From an uncultured delta proteobacterium (GTDB lineage: Bacteria > Desulfobacterota > RBG-13-43-22), in NCBI GenBank assembly GCA_963711835.1, contig CAVQFQ010000015.1:64001-128000 (forward strand): DNA of 64,000 bases. Reading direction: 5' to 3'. The notes below the pieces were generated by a model. The model had not been told where the DNA came from. It ran no database searches and saw only the letters and a list, made by a program, of their open reading frames with translations. Shown here piece after piece: positions 49,570-59,425 of the stretch. A program made the translations under genes and the position numbers. The number at the start of each line of letters is the position of its first letter. Position 1 is the first letter of the stretch.

Positions 49570-50133
49570 GCTCAGAGGAGGGTCATGACCGCCCCTGAGG
49601 TTAAGGGCATGGTCAGATTGTCGTCCGGTCCGAAAGGCAGGGCTTCTGCTGCGGCAGCCACGACAGCCCCGATCAAGACTTTCCAGAAAGGCACCAGGGA
49701 GAGAGCTAGACCAATAGCTCATACAGGCGCCCAGACAGGCCAGACTGCCCTCCAGGGATTTTCCAGGGAAAAGAGGGATGCGGCCCCAGCGGGAACCGAC
49801 CAGGGCAGCCGCCGTATCGCCCAGGATCATAAAGGTCAAGGCTAAGACGGCGATCGGTTTGGGATAGAAGGCCACTGACAAAAAGGACGAAAGCAACAAA
49901 TAACTGGAACCGGTCAGGGATTTTTTCTTTTCTTTTTGCCTGATTACCGGATTAAAAATGCGGCTCAACTTTTCATTCCAGGAAGGAATAATCAAGCGCA
50001 AGGCATCCCCGGTAATCCAAAGGGATGCGATGAGGCCCAGAACCCACAAAGCCGTTGAGGAGGAGACCAGCCAAACCCCTATGGGGATGGCCAAGGCGGA
50101 AAGGTGGATCGCTTTTCTTTTAACTTCGTTCAA
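49570..50133 (-). pseudogene. Diacylglycerol/polyprenol kinase (CTP-dependent) family membrane protein, 3' frameshift
   Basis: RKAIH, GDTAAALVG and KSLEGS motifs; the expected DDNLT motif is out of frame. Confidence 0.75.
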
Positions 50134-50156
50134 CTATTCCCCGTAAAGGAGGCCCA

Positions 50157-50663
50157 ATGGACCTGACCGTTTTTGAATCTATGGATAACACACAGATGAA
50201 AAGTTACCTGGAATTTTTACTTTGGCATTACCGGGTGGTGGATGCCTTCTGGTTTCTTTATGTGGCCGAGAAGTTCGACCAGCCCACAGCGGAACGGATC
50301 AACGAAAGGGTTTGGGCCCGGGTTCCGCGGATGGCGGCCAAAGATCTGATCAAACGATTTGACATCCAGGATAAGGGCCTCCAGGGATTTGTCAAGGCCC
50401 TGAGGCTATTCCCCTGGACCATCCTGGTCGGTTATGAAATCGAGGCGAAGCAGGATGAGGTCATCATCACCGTTCCCCACTGCGCCACCCAGGAGGCCCG
50501 GCTGAAACGGGGATTAAATGAGTTCGTCTGTAAAGACATGCACAAAGGAGAATTTGAAAGCTTTGCCCATGAAATCGATCCGGCCATTCGGGTTGAATGT
50601 CTCTTCGCCCCTCCGGATCCCCATCCCGAGGAACTGTTCTGCAAGTGGCGGTTTACCTTATGA
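50157..50663 (+). CDS. DUF6125-like protein
   Basis: [25 protein letters not shown]...CKWRF. Confidence 0.75.
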   Translation: MDLTVFESMDNTQMKSYLEFLLWHYRVVDAFWFLYVAEKFDQPTAERINERVWARVPRMAAKDLIKRFDIQDKGLQGFVKALRLFPWTILVGYEIEAKQDEVIITVPHCATQEARLKRGLNEFVCKDMHKGEFESFAHEIDPAIRVECLFAPPDPHPEELFCKWRFTL

Positions 50664-50728
50664 CGCCTTTAAGGACTTGGCTCCCCCCACTCCTTTAGGG
50701 CTGAAAAAGGCCGCACCTGAGAGACCAT

Positions 50729-51796
50729 TTATTTCAGACTGATGGCCTTCTCCGGACAAATTTCCTGACAGCAAAAACAGGTGATGCAGGTCTCGGCGTC
50801 CACGCGAGGGAGGTCGTCAGCCATGGACAAGGCCGATACCGGACACTGCTCGACGCAGGTGCCGCAACCGGTGCATAAGGCCGGATCGGCCTGGGGGCGC
50901 AAGAGTAATCGGCTTCGGAACATGGCTTGGATAGGCGTATCGGAAAGAATCGCTTCGCCACCCAGCGGAGGAAGCTTGAAATCGGGCACGGGTTTCAGCA
51001 CTCCCAGGATTTCGATGGTGCTGATATCGTAATCCCCCAGGCCCGCCTCCTTGGCCTTTTGCAGGAACCGCAGCCGCCCCGGTTCACAGCCCATCATGGC
51101 CGCCATAACCGCATCCAGGGCCACGGCGTTGTCGGAGGCCAGGATCAGTCCGATATTTCTGAGGTCAGGGGACGCCGGACCGTTGCCCTCCATGCCGACC
51201 ACGGCATCCACCAGAAAGAGATCGGGTACCCGGAGCCGGAAGACCTCAACCACCATGTCATTGAATCGTTCGGGGCTGCCGGCCGCTTTATGCAGCTTGG
51301 CTTTCTGGGCTCCGGGTAAAAAACCGTAACTGTTTTTTATGGCCCCGGTGACTACGGTCAGGCCGTGGGTTTTGAACTTCGGCAGGCTGATGATAATATC
51401 GGCTTCCAGGATGATACGGGAGAGGCTCACCCTGGGCATAAAAGCGGGATTGAAATCAACCTGCACCGAATCGGTTCCGATATTCCGATAATAGCCTTTG
51501 GCGGCATCCATCAGACCGGTTCTTTTAAAGCTGGCCTCATTGGCCCCATAGCTGAAAAGTCCCGGATTGTCGCCCACCACGATAGAGGCCGGTCCCATGG
51601 TTTCGACCTGGTCCACTACGGCCCGAAGGACCGCCGGATGGGTCACCAGCCCTTCTTCGGCCTCCGATTCCCGAAGGACATTGGGCTTTATCAGGACTTT
51701 TTTCCCCTGCAGGTCCAGGGGGAAGAGTTCAAAGGCGCGCTCTACTGCCGGCCGGACATTTTCATAGGCAGCCGGATGAATCATGACTTTAGACAA
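50729..51796 (-). CDS. DUF362 protein with C-terminal 2x[4Fe-4S] domain
   Basis: LIKPN, THP, PKFKTH motifs; CTGCGTC..QCP and CITCFCCQEICP; TTG start after GAGGAGG. Confidence 0.9.
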   Translation of the reverse strand: MSKVMIHPAAYENVRPAVERAFELFPLDLQGKKVLIKPNVLRESEAEEGLVTHPAVLRAVVDQVETMGPASIVVGDNPGLFSYGANEASFKRTGLMDAAKGYYRNIGTDSVQVDFNPAFMPRVSLSRIILEADIIISLPKFKTHGLTVVTGAIKNSYGFLPGAQKAKLHKAAGSPERFNDMVVEVFRLRVPDLFLVDAVVGMEGNGPASPDLRNIGLILASDNAVALDAVMAAMMGCEPGRLRFLQKAKEAGLGDYDISTIEILGVLKPVPDFKLPPLGGEAILSDTPIQAMFRSRLLLRPQADPALCTGCGTCVEQCPVSALSMADDLPRVDAETCITCFCCQEICPEKAISLK

Positions 51797-51854
51797 AGTG
51801 TATTCCTCCTCAGGGTTTTTCGGATGGAGCGAAAAACCGGCCAATAATTTTTTG

Positions 51855-52160
51855 GTATCGTTCAAAAGTTTCGGGATAAGCGCATTATGGCCTAACCAGG
51901 GGACCGGGGGTCTCGATTTCAAGGCTTGTCCAAAGGGTGATCCTTCCCGCCAATCCGGCCCAGATTTCTATGTTGGTTTAGAGCCGGGCATTCACCCAAC
52001 CGAACAAACAGCTTTGGTGTAGGCCTATTTAAGGCATTATCGTCAACCTTCCAGCCCGGTTTCAAAGTGAGGCGTTTATGGTGGACAACCTTGAAATCGA
52101 GACCCCCGGTCCCCTTCCATCGGGTATCAGAAATATAATGGTACCACTTTTGAACGATAC
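51855..52160 (-). repeat. Nested inverted-repeat element, copy 3 (core on - strand)
   Basis: Perfect 15-bp outer IR (51855-51869 / 52146-52160); inner IR 51899-51932 / 52082-52114; the reverse-complemented 149-nt core aligns ungapped to copy 1. Confidence 0.9.
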
Positions 52161-52341
52161 AAATTTTTTACGGATAAAAAGAATAAATTAGGGGAATAGC
52201 AGAGTCAAGGAAGAATTTGGAGGCTAATCAGGAACGGCCTGCGGACTTTGGGTTATTGGATGATCCGGGTGTTTTTTGTTTCCATCGGCAGCAAAAAGGT
52301 TTATAATTAATTTTTATTATGCGCTTATGGAGGATTTAAAG

Positions 52342-53400
52342 ATGAAAACAAAAAAAATAGGTTGTGCCCTAATCGGTTTTTCTCTTTTCCTGGCCTGGGG
52401 AATACAGCCGTTGGAGGCCGGTACGTCGATAAAAAAATTGGGAACAGCCCCCTTTTTTAAGGCCAAAGCGCTCAAAGCGGACCAGGTGCTTCCGATCCTT
52501 ACCCGGTTAAAAAAGGATGTTAAACTGGGTTTTTCCCAGGCCGGAGCGGAGGCGCTTTATGAGCCTTTTATGAAACAGCTCCAGGCCCAAAAGCCGGAAA
52601 CGGTCAGCATCCAGCCCGGTCAGACGCTGCAGTGGATGATTTACAAGAAAAAAGGAAAGGTCCGGATCACCAGGGATCGGATCTGGGCCGGCAAAGCCCC
52701 CTTTGAGGCCTATCGGGTCGTGGTTCGACATAACGATCATGATTACGATTTTATCCTGCCTAAAATCTGTCTCAACATCACCTTAAAGGTAACCGAGGTA
52801 ACCAAGGTCCCGGCGCCCACCATGGCGCCCAAACCCTCCGAGGCCCCCAAGACCGTGGCCCCGACTCCGCCGTCTGTTTCCCAGGCCCCCCCGGTAAAAG
52901 AACCGGAGACAAAAACTCCAGCAGCCGCTGCCCCTTCTGCGGTTACACCTGTGCCGGACCGGGAACCTGAAAAACCGAAGGCGGAAGCTAAAAAGTGCTT
53001 TTTCGTCGGGGATATCGGGTTGATGGCCCGGATAGACCCGTCCTGGTTCGGACTGGCCCGGGCGGGATACAGGTACAAGTTTACCGATCAGTTGGCTTTA
53101 ACCGGCTTAGTGGGGGGCGCCTTCTTGCTCGACGGAGAGGACGACCACCCGGCCTTGCTGGCGGATCTTCTATTCACTTATTACCCGGTCTCAAAATTTT
53201 TCCTGGGGGCCGGAGTGGGGTTATGGTCATCCAGTCAGGATTCCAAAGCCGATCTGATCCTGGAAATCGGGCTCCCCTTAACAAATTCCTCTAAAGGCCC
53301 TAATTTTGAATTGTTCCTGGAAGGCCGTTCGGCTTTTGACCAGATGGGCGATTATGACAAGTACGGGCGGGCCGCCTTAGGATTGCGGATTCTTTTTTAA
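52342..53400 (+). CDS. Exported hypothetical protein with Pro/Ala-rich linker and probable C-terminal beta-barrel
   Basis: Signal peptide, P/A/T/K-rich middle, amphipathic strands ending in LGLRILF. Confidence 0.7.
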   Translation: MKTKKIGCALIGFSLFLAWGIQPLEAGTSIKKLGTAPFFKAKALKADQVLPILTRLKKDVKLGFSQAGAEALYEPFMKQLQAQKPETVSIQPGQTLQWMIYKKKGKVRITRDRIWAGKAPFEAYRVVVRHNDHDYDFILPKICLNITLKVTEVTKVPAPTMAPKPSEAPKTVAPTPPSVSQAPPVKEPETKTPAAAAPSAVTPVPDREPEKPKAEAKKCFFVGDIGLMARIDPSWFGLARAGYRYKFTDQLALTGLVGGAFLLDGEDDHPALLADLLFTYYPVSKFFLGAGVGLWSSSQDSKADLILEIGLPLTNSSKGPNFELFLEGRSAFDQMGDYDKYGRAALGLRILF

Positions 53401-53425
53401 TCCGCCTTTTCCCATTCCATTAGTC

Positions 53426-53464
53426 GAAAGGGCAAGGGGAGATGTTCCCCTTGCCCTTTCATTT
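53426..53464. terminator. Rho-independent terminator between convergent genes
   Basis: Perfect stem GAAAGGGCAAGGGGA / TCCCCTTGCCCTTTC. Confidence 0.8.
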
Positions 53465-53500
53465 TAGGGATCTTATCGGTTTGGCTTAGATAAGGTTTTT

Positions 53501-53734
53501 TTATTCAAAAGGGTTATAACCCGGTTTTTTATAGAGACGGTCCTGATGGTTCATGATATCCGGCCGGTAAACTTTCTCGGGCCAATCGCTTTTTTCAATT
53601 TCCTCAAAGGCCACAGTCACTAACTTTTCCTCACAGATGAGAATTTCCATGACGTCCTTGGTTATCTCTTCCGTCAGGCGTTTTTTCTGCTCTTCCGTTC
53701 TTCCGGGATAGAGTTTCACGATTACATGCGGCAT
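53501..53734 (-). CDS. 4-oxalocrotonate tautomerase family protein (PptA-like)
   Basis: N-terminal Pro ([16 protein letters not shown]). Confidence 0.9.
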   Translation of the reverse strand: MPHVIVKLYPGRTEEQKKRLTEEITKDVMEILICEEKLVTVAFEEIEKSDWPEKVYRPDIMNHQDRLYKKPGYNPFE

Positions 53735-53988
53735 TTCCTGGCCCTCCTTTCAATAATCGGGTTGCAATCAGGGACTCGTCCAATTCTAAAAACTTTATCC
53801 GGGATCGGGTGCCTTGTCAAATGATTCCATTGCCCATTCCTTTCTCGGGAAAGAGGAAATTGCCCGGGTTTAAAAGGTATTTGCAACTATAATAAAGGTA
53901 TGCTATAGCTTCAGAATTCCAACGCCCGAATAAAAAACAACTTTTTTGTAAAAACTTCATTGCGCCTCGCACCTTACGGGTTTAATTG

Positions 53989-54873
53989 ATGGAAATGATC
54001 CTGCAAATCGTCGTCAGCGGCCTGGCTACCGGCGGGATTTACGGCCTGATCGCCCTGGGCTTTGTGCTGATCTATAAAGCCACCAGCGTCCTGAATCTGG
54101 CCATGGGTGATTTCATGACCTTAGGGGCCTTCCTCTGTCTGACCGTTCTGACCCAATTTCAGGCCCCCTTCTATGTGGCTTTCCTGGTTACCCTGATTTG
54201 CGCCTTTGTCTTGGGGGTGGCCGTGGAACGGATCATCCTGAGGCCGCTGATCGGCGAGCCGGTTATTTCGGTGATCATGGTCACCATCGGTTTGGGTGTG
54301 ATGCTGCGAGGGATCATGTACATGGTCTGGACCCCCGTCTTTCGCAACTTTCCGCAGATATTCCCCCCCCAACCGCTCAACCTGGGCTTTGCGATCGTTC
54401 CCTCCGGTCTGCTCTGGGGGTTTATCTTTGCCATTATCGGGACCTTTGTCTTTCTGTTCATCTTTAAATTTTCCCGGACCGGGGTGGCCATGCGGGCTAC
54501 GGCCAACGACCAGCAGGCTGCTCAATCCATGGGCATCAACGTCCGCTGGGTCTTCGCCCTGGCCTGGAGTTTCGGCGCCATCGCTTCGGTGATCGGAGGG
54601 ATCGTCATCGGCAATATAACCGGCATCAGCGTCTACATGGGGGATATCGGGCTCAAGGTCCTGGCCGTCCTCATCTTGGGCGGATTGGACAGCATCGGAG
54701 GCGCCATCCTGGGCGGGTTTATCATCGGGGTCCTGGAAAATCTGGCCGGTTTCTATATCGATCCCTTAGTGGGAGGGGGAATAAAAAATGTCGCTCCCTT
54801 CTTTATCCTGGTCCTGATTCTTATTTTCCGACCTTATGGACTGTTCGGTAAGAAGCTGATTGAACGGGTTTAA
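53989..54873 (+). CDS. LIV-type ABC permease (LivH-like)
   Basis: GLATGGIYGLIALG, AMRATA and RPYGLFG motifs. Confidence 0.92.
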   Translation: MEMILQIVVSGLATGGIYGLIALGFVLIYKATSVLNLAMGDFMTLGAFLCLTVLTQFQAPFYVAFLVTLICAFVLGVAVERIILRPLIGEPVISVIMVTIGLGVMLRGIMYMVWTPVFRNFPQIFPPQPLNLGFAIVPSGLLWGFIFAIIGTFVFLFIFKFSRTGVAMRATANDQQAAQSMGINVRWVFALAWSFGAIASVIGGIVIGNITGISVYMGDIGLKVLAVLILGGLDSIGGAILGGFIIGVLENLAGFYIDPLVGGGIKNVAPFFILVLILIFRPYGLFGKKLIERV

Positions 54874-54880
54874 AAAGGCG

Positions 54881-55028
54881 GATACTAGATGCTGGATACT
54901 GGATAAAAACAAAAACAATGCTTGATGAATACAAACAGCGGGGTCGGCAAATATTACTTTCCAACAGGGACGTGACTTATTGTAGTTATCCAGTATCCAG
55001 TATCGTTTTTCGCCTTTATCGAGTATCA
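54881..55028. repeat. Heptamer (GATACTG)n array with an inverted partner
   Basis: GATACTAGATGCTGGATACTGGATAA ... TTATCCAGTATCCAGTATC. Confidence 0.75.
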
Positions 55029-55039
55029 GGGTCTTAAAA

Positions 55040-56083
55040 ATGCGCTGCGGTGACTTTAAACAAACCTATATTGAGGACGATGCCATCTTCCAGTCCTTTT
55101 TCGTCAAGGTCTTCCTGGCCCTCTTATTCGTTTTCCTCCTGGTCTTTCCTTTTATCGCCAATGCCTACCTGTTGTACATGGCCAACATGATCGGTTTTGC
55201 CGTTATCGGGGCCGTGGGGTTAAATCTACTTACCGGCTTTACCGGACAGATCTCTCTGGGGCACTCGGCCTTTATCGGGGTCGGTGCCTATACCTCGGCC
55301 ATATTGATCACCAAACTGGGCTTTTCCTTCTGGCTGTCGCTTCCCTTAGCCGGGCTGGTCTCAGCCCTGGCGGGACTGATCATCGGGCTTCCCTCACTAA
55401 GGGTCAAAGGGCTCTACCTGTGCATCGCCACCCTGGCCTCGCAGTTTATCCTTGAATTTATCTTCGTCCACTGGGAATCCATGACCAAAGGCATTACCGG
55501 CATCCATATACCCCCACCCCAGATCGGGAGTTATATCTTTTCTACGGAAAAAAAATTTTACTGGATCACTCTCTTCTTTAGTGTCCTGGCCGTAGCCTAT
55601 GCCCGGAACCTGGTGCGCTCCCGCATGGGCCGGGCCTTTGTGGCCATCCGGGATCGGGATTTATCGGCGGAAATCATAGGGATTAACCTGCTGCGATACA
55701 AATTGAGCGCTTTTGCCATCAGCTCCTTTTACGCAGGTGTGGCCGGCGCTCTCTGGGTCAGCTTCCTTAAGGTCGTGACGCCGGAACATTTTCCCTTCAT
55801 CCTGAGCATTCAGTTTCTGGCCATGGTTATTATCGGGGGTCTGGGAAGTATTCTGGGATCAATTTTTGGAGCGGTTTTTATGACCATCGTTCCGGAATTC
55901 CTGAGTTTCATCGCCGGGGTGGTAAAAATGCAGGCCCCGGGTTATGAAATGATCTTCATTCCGATGAAGGATGTGGTCTTCGGCGGGTTGATCATCGTCT
56001 TTCTGATTTTTGAACCCCATGGCCTGGCGGAACTCTGGAACCGATTCAAAAGCTTTTTTCGACTTTGGCCGTTTTCTTATTAG
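55040..56083 (+). CDS. LIV-type ABC permease (LivM-like)
   Basis: GFTGQISLGH, LRVKGLYL and IIGGLGS motifs. Confidence 0.92.
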   Translation: MRCGDFKQTYIEDDAIFQSFFVKVFLALLFVFLLVFPFIANAYLLYMANMIGFAVIGAVGLNLLTGFTGQISLGHSAFIGVGAYTSAILITKLGFSFWLSLPLAGLVSALAGLIIGLPSLRVKGLYLCIATLASQFILEFIFVHWESMTKGITGIHIPPPQIGSYIFSTEKKFYWITLFFSVLAVAYARNLVRSRMGRAFVAIRDRDLSAEIIGINLLRYKLSAFAISSFYAGVAGALWVSFLKVVTPEHFPFILSIQFLAMVIIGGLGSILGSIFGAVFMTIVPEFLSFIAGVVKMQAPGYEMIFIPMKDVVFGGLIIVFLIFEPHGLAELWNRFKSFFRLWPFSY

Positions 56084-56097
56084 GGATGACCGCCATT

Positions 56098-56156
56098 TCC
56101 CAATTCCCCCCACAGAGGGGGGGCGGGGTGGGGGTACGAAAGGGGGGATTCAAGGG
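56098..56156. repeat. GC-rich palindromic repeat (degenerate)
   Basis: TCCCCCC-acaga-GGGGGGGCGGGGTGGGGG; inverted relative of the 11054 repeat. Confidence 0.55.
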
Positions 56157-56223
56157 ATCCTGGTTTATCTGTCATTCTGAAGAGAACAACTATTATTAAT
56201 TAAATTAGGAGGGGGTATTTGTT

Positions 56224-57394
56224 ATGAAGAAAGCCTTAATAGTCGTCATGATGATGGTGATGTTCCTGGGCGTTTATCAAATCAGCCAGGCCCAGCAAAC
56301 CTACACCCTGGGGGCGGTCCATCCTTTCACCGGTCGGTTTGCCTTTGCCGGCATTCACGGACAGGATGCTATGAAGGATGCCGTTGACATGGCCAACGAG
56401 GCCGGGGGCATCAACGGCAAGAAACTGCAGTATTTCTGGAAGGACGGCGAATACAAGGATGACGTGGGCATTGCGGCCTTTAAAAGCCTCTATACCCAGT
56501 ACAAGCCCCAGATCATGTGGGGCCAGAGTACCGGTATGACCAAGGCCCTGGGGCCGGAAATCAAGGATCGCTACAAGGTACTCTACTCGGCCTACACCTT
56601 CACCGACGTAGCGGCCAACCCCAAAGAAAATCCCTATATGTTTATTCCCGGTCCGACTTATGCCGAACAATTCGCCGTGCTGCTCAATTACATCGCCAAA
56701 CAAAAACCCGGAGCCAACGTGGCCTTTTTTTACGGCGACTACGAATTCGGCCGGGAGCCCATACCCTTCGCCCGGGAGTACGCCAAGAAATTAGGTTTGA
56801 AAGTAGTGGCTGAGGAGGTGAGTCAAGGCGGGCGGGGTGGACGTGACCACCAATATCCTGAACATGAAACAGAAAAACGTGGAATTCTGTATTTTCCAGG
56901 GTTATATCGCTGATCCCATCCAGAACGTCATTAAACAGTCCAAGGATTACGGGTTGAAATGCCAGTTCATGGGCACCTTCTGGTCCACGGAGAAACAACT
57001 GCTCGACCTGCTGGGTCCCCTGGCCGATGAGTACATCGGGGTGACCGCCTATTCTTTCTACTATCAGGATCAGTATCCGATGATCAAAAAAATCCGGGAA
57101 TGGAATCAAAAGCACAACCCTAAACACGCGGAATTCCGCACCCAGGCCTATATGCAGGTCTTCATGGGCACTACCCTGATGATCGAGGCCCTCAAGCGGG
57201 CCGACAAGGCCGGCCCGGTGACCGGCGACAGCCTGGTCAAAGCCCTGCAGTCGATCAAAAATTTTGATGTGGGCGGATTGATGCCGCCGGTGACCATCAA
57301 AGGCAACAGCATCCCGGTGGGCCGGGTGGTCCGGGGGAATTCCAAGACCGGGAAGTTCGACCCGATTACGGACTGGATTAGTCTGGATTTGTAA
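56224..57394 (+). pseudogene. LIV-type ABC substrate-binding protein, 1-nt frameshift near 56830
   Basis: Signal peptide and NEAGGINGK in ORF 56224-56913; the protein continues as DVTTNILNMK in ORF 56837-57394. Confidence 0.8.
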
Positions 57395-57398
57395 GAGT

Positions 57399-57478
57399 CG
57401 TAAGGCATAAGGCGTCAGGCGCAAGGCGTGGGGAAAGCTTTTCTTTGGTTTTCCTTGCGCCTTGCACCCTGCGCCTTC
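57399..57478. repeat. Heptamer (AAGGCGY-like) array with an inverted partner
   Basis: CGTAAGGCATAAGGCGTCAGGCGCAAGGCG ... CCTTGCGCCTTGCACCCTGCGCCTT. Confidence 0.8.
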
Positions 57479-57501
57479 TTGCCCCGAACACTCAGATTTT
57501 T

Positions 57502-59425
57502 ATGACAAGTACGGCCATCCATATTAACACGCTCCCCGGCTTGCTGAAACGCAATGCCCGGGAATTCGGGTCATTGAAAGTGGCCCTGCGTGAAAAAGAG
57601 TTCGGGATCTGGCAGTCCGTCTCCTGGCAGGAGTACTACGATCGCATTCGTTATCTGGCCTTGGGCTTATTGGAATTGGGCTATGAGACCGGAGACAAGC
57701 TTTCGGTCATAGGCGACAACCGCCCCGAATGGCTTTACTCAGAGCTGGCCATCCAGGCCCTCGGCGGGGCCGTGGTCGGCATCTATCCCGACAGCCACCT
57801 GGAGCAGGTCCAGTACATCATCGACCAATCCGACTCGGTCTTTGTCATGGTCGAAGACCAGGAACAGACGGACAAGATCCTGAACATGATTGACGACATC
57901 CCCAAGATCAAAAAAGTTATCGTCGATGACCTGAAGGGGATGCGCAGTTACCAACATCCCCTGCTCATTCCCTTCAAACAGGTTATGGAGATGGGCCGGG
58001 AGGCGGACCAAAAGGATCCCCGGCTTTTTGATCAACTTCTGGATAGGGTCGGCCCGGAAGACGTGGCCATGATCCTCTATACCTCGGGGACGACCGGCAT
58101 GCCCAAAGGGGTCATGCTGACCCATCTGAATATGATTAAAATGATCGAAAATTTCGACCAGGTGGATCCGGCCTATCCCACCGACAACCACGTATCCTTC
58201 CTGCCCTTGCCCTGGGTGGGAGAACAGGCTACTGCGGTGGCCTGGAATCTCTATAAGGGTGTGACCATCAATTTCCCGGAAAAGGTGGAAACGGTTTCGC
58301 AGGACATCCGGGATATTGGGCCCAATCTCCTGCTGGCCCCTCCCCGCCACTGGGAAAAGATGTGTTCCGACATCCAGGTTAAAATACAGGATGCGACCTG
58401 GATCAAACGCTTCCTCTATAAAATCTGTATGCCGGTTGGCTACCGGATGGCCGAATTCCGCCTGAAAGGGAAATCCTCTGGGCCCCTTTATTCTTTGCTG
58501 GACAAGCTCTGTTACTTGCTCCTGTTCCGCTCGCTGAAGAATTACCTGGGCCTGACCAACTTACGGAATGTCTATACCGGCGGTGCTCCCATCGGGCCGG
58601 AGGTCTTTAATTTCTTTATGGCCCTGGGCATCAACATCAAGCAGCTTTACGGGCAAACCGAAGTCACCGGACTGGCCGTAGGCCATCGCAATGAAAGCGT
58701 CAAATTGAATACCGTCGGTTCGCCCATGCCGGAAGTGGAACTCAAGATCTCGGATGCCGGGGAGATCCTGATCAAGGGGCCGACGGTTTTCAAGGGCTAC
58801 TATAAAAATGAAGAGGCCACCCGGAAGACTATCGACTCCGAAGGCTGGGTACACACCGGCGATGAGGGGATCTTGGATGAGGACGGTCAGATTGATCATG
58901 ATCGACCGGCAGAAGGACGTCATGCGCCTGGGCGACGGCAGCAAGTTTTCCCCCCAGCTTATTGAGAACAAGCTGAAATTCAGCCCTTATATCAACGAAG
59001 CCATGGTGGTGGGCAAAGACCGTCCCTATATCGCGGCCATGATCATCATGGATATGGGCAATATGGGCAAATGGGCCGAAAACAACAAACTGACCTATAC
59101 GACCTTTACCGATCTCTCCCAGAAACCCGAGGTCTACGAACTGATCGCCGGGGAGATCCAGCAGATCAACCGTTCTCTGCCGAAAATAGCCCGGGTCAAG
59201 CGTTTTGTCATGATGTATAAAGAACTCGATGCTGATGATGATGAAATGACCCGAACCCGTAAGTTGCGCCGGGGATTCGTGGCCGAACGGTATGCCGTCC
59301 TTCTGGAGGCCCTCTACGGCGACCAGGAAGAATTGCCGGTGGAATCCGATATCCGCTATCAGGACGGGACCGGGTTCCGCATGAAGACCCGGGTTCGGAT
59401 TAAAGAGGTAAAAGACCAGGGATGA
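57502..59425 (+). pseudogene. Long-chain fatty acid-CoA ligase, 1-nt frameshift near 58890
   Basis: YTSGTTGMPKG, YGQTE and HTGD motifs, then IDRQKD...IENKLKFSPYI in the next frame. Confidence 0.85.
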
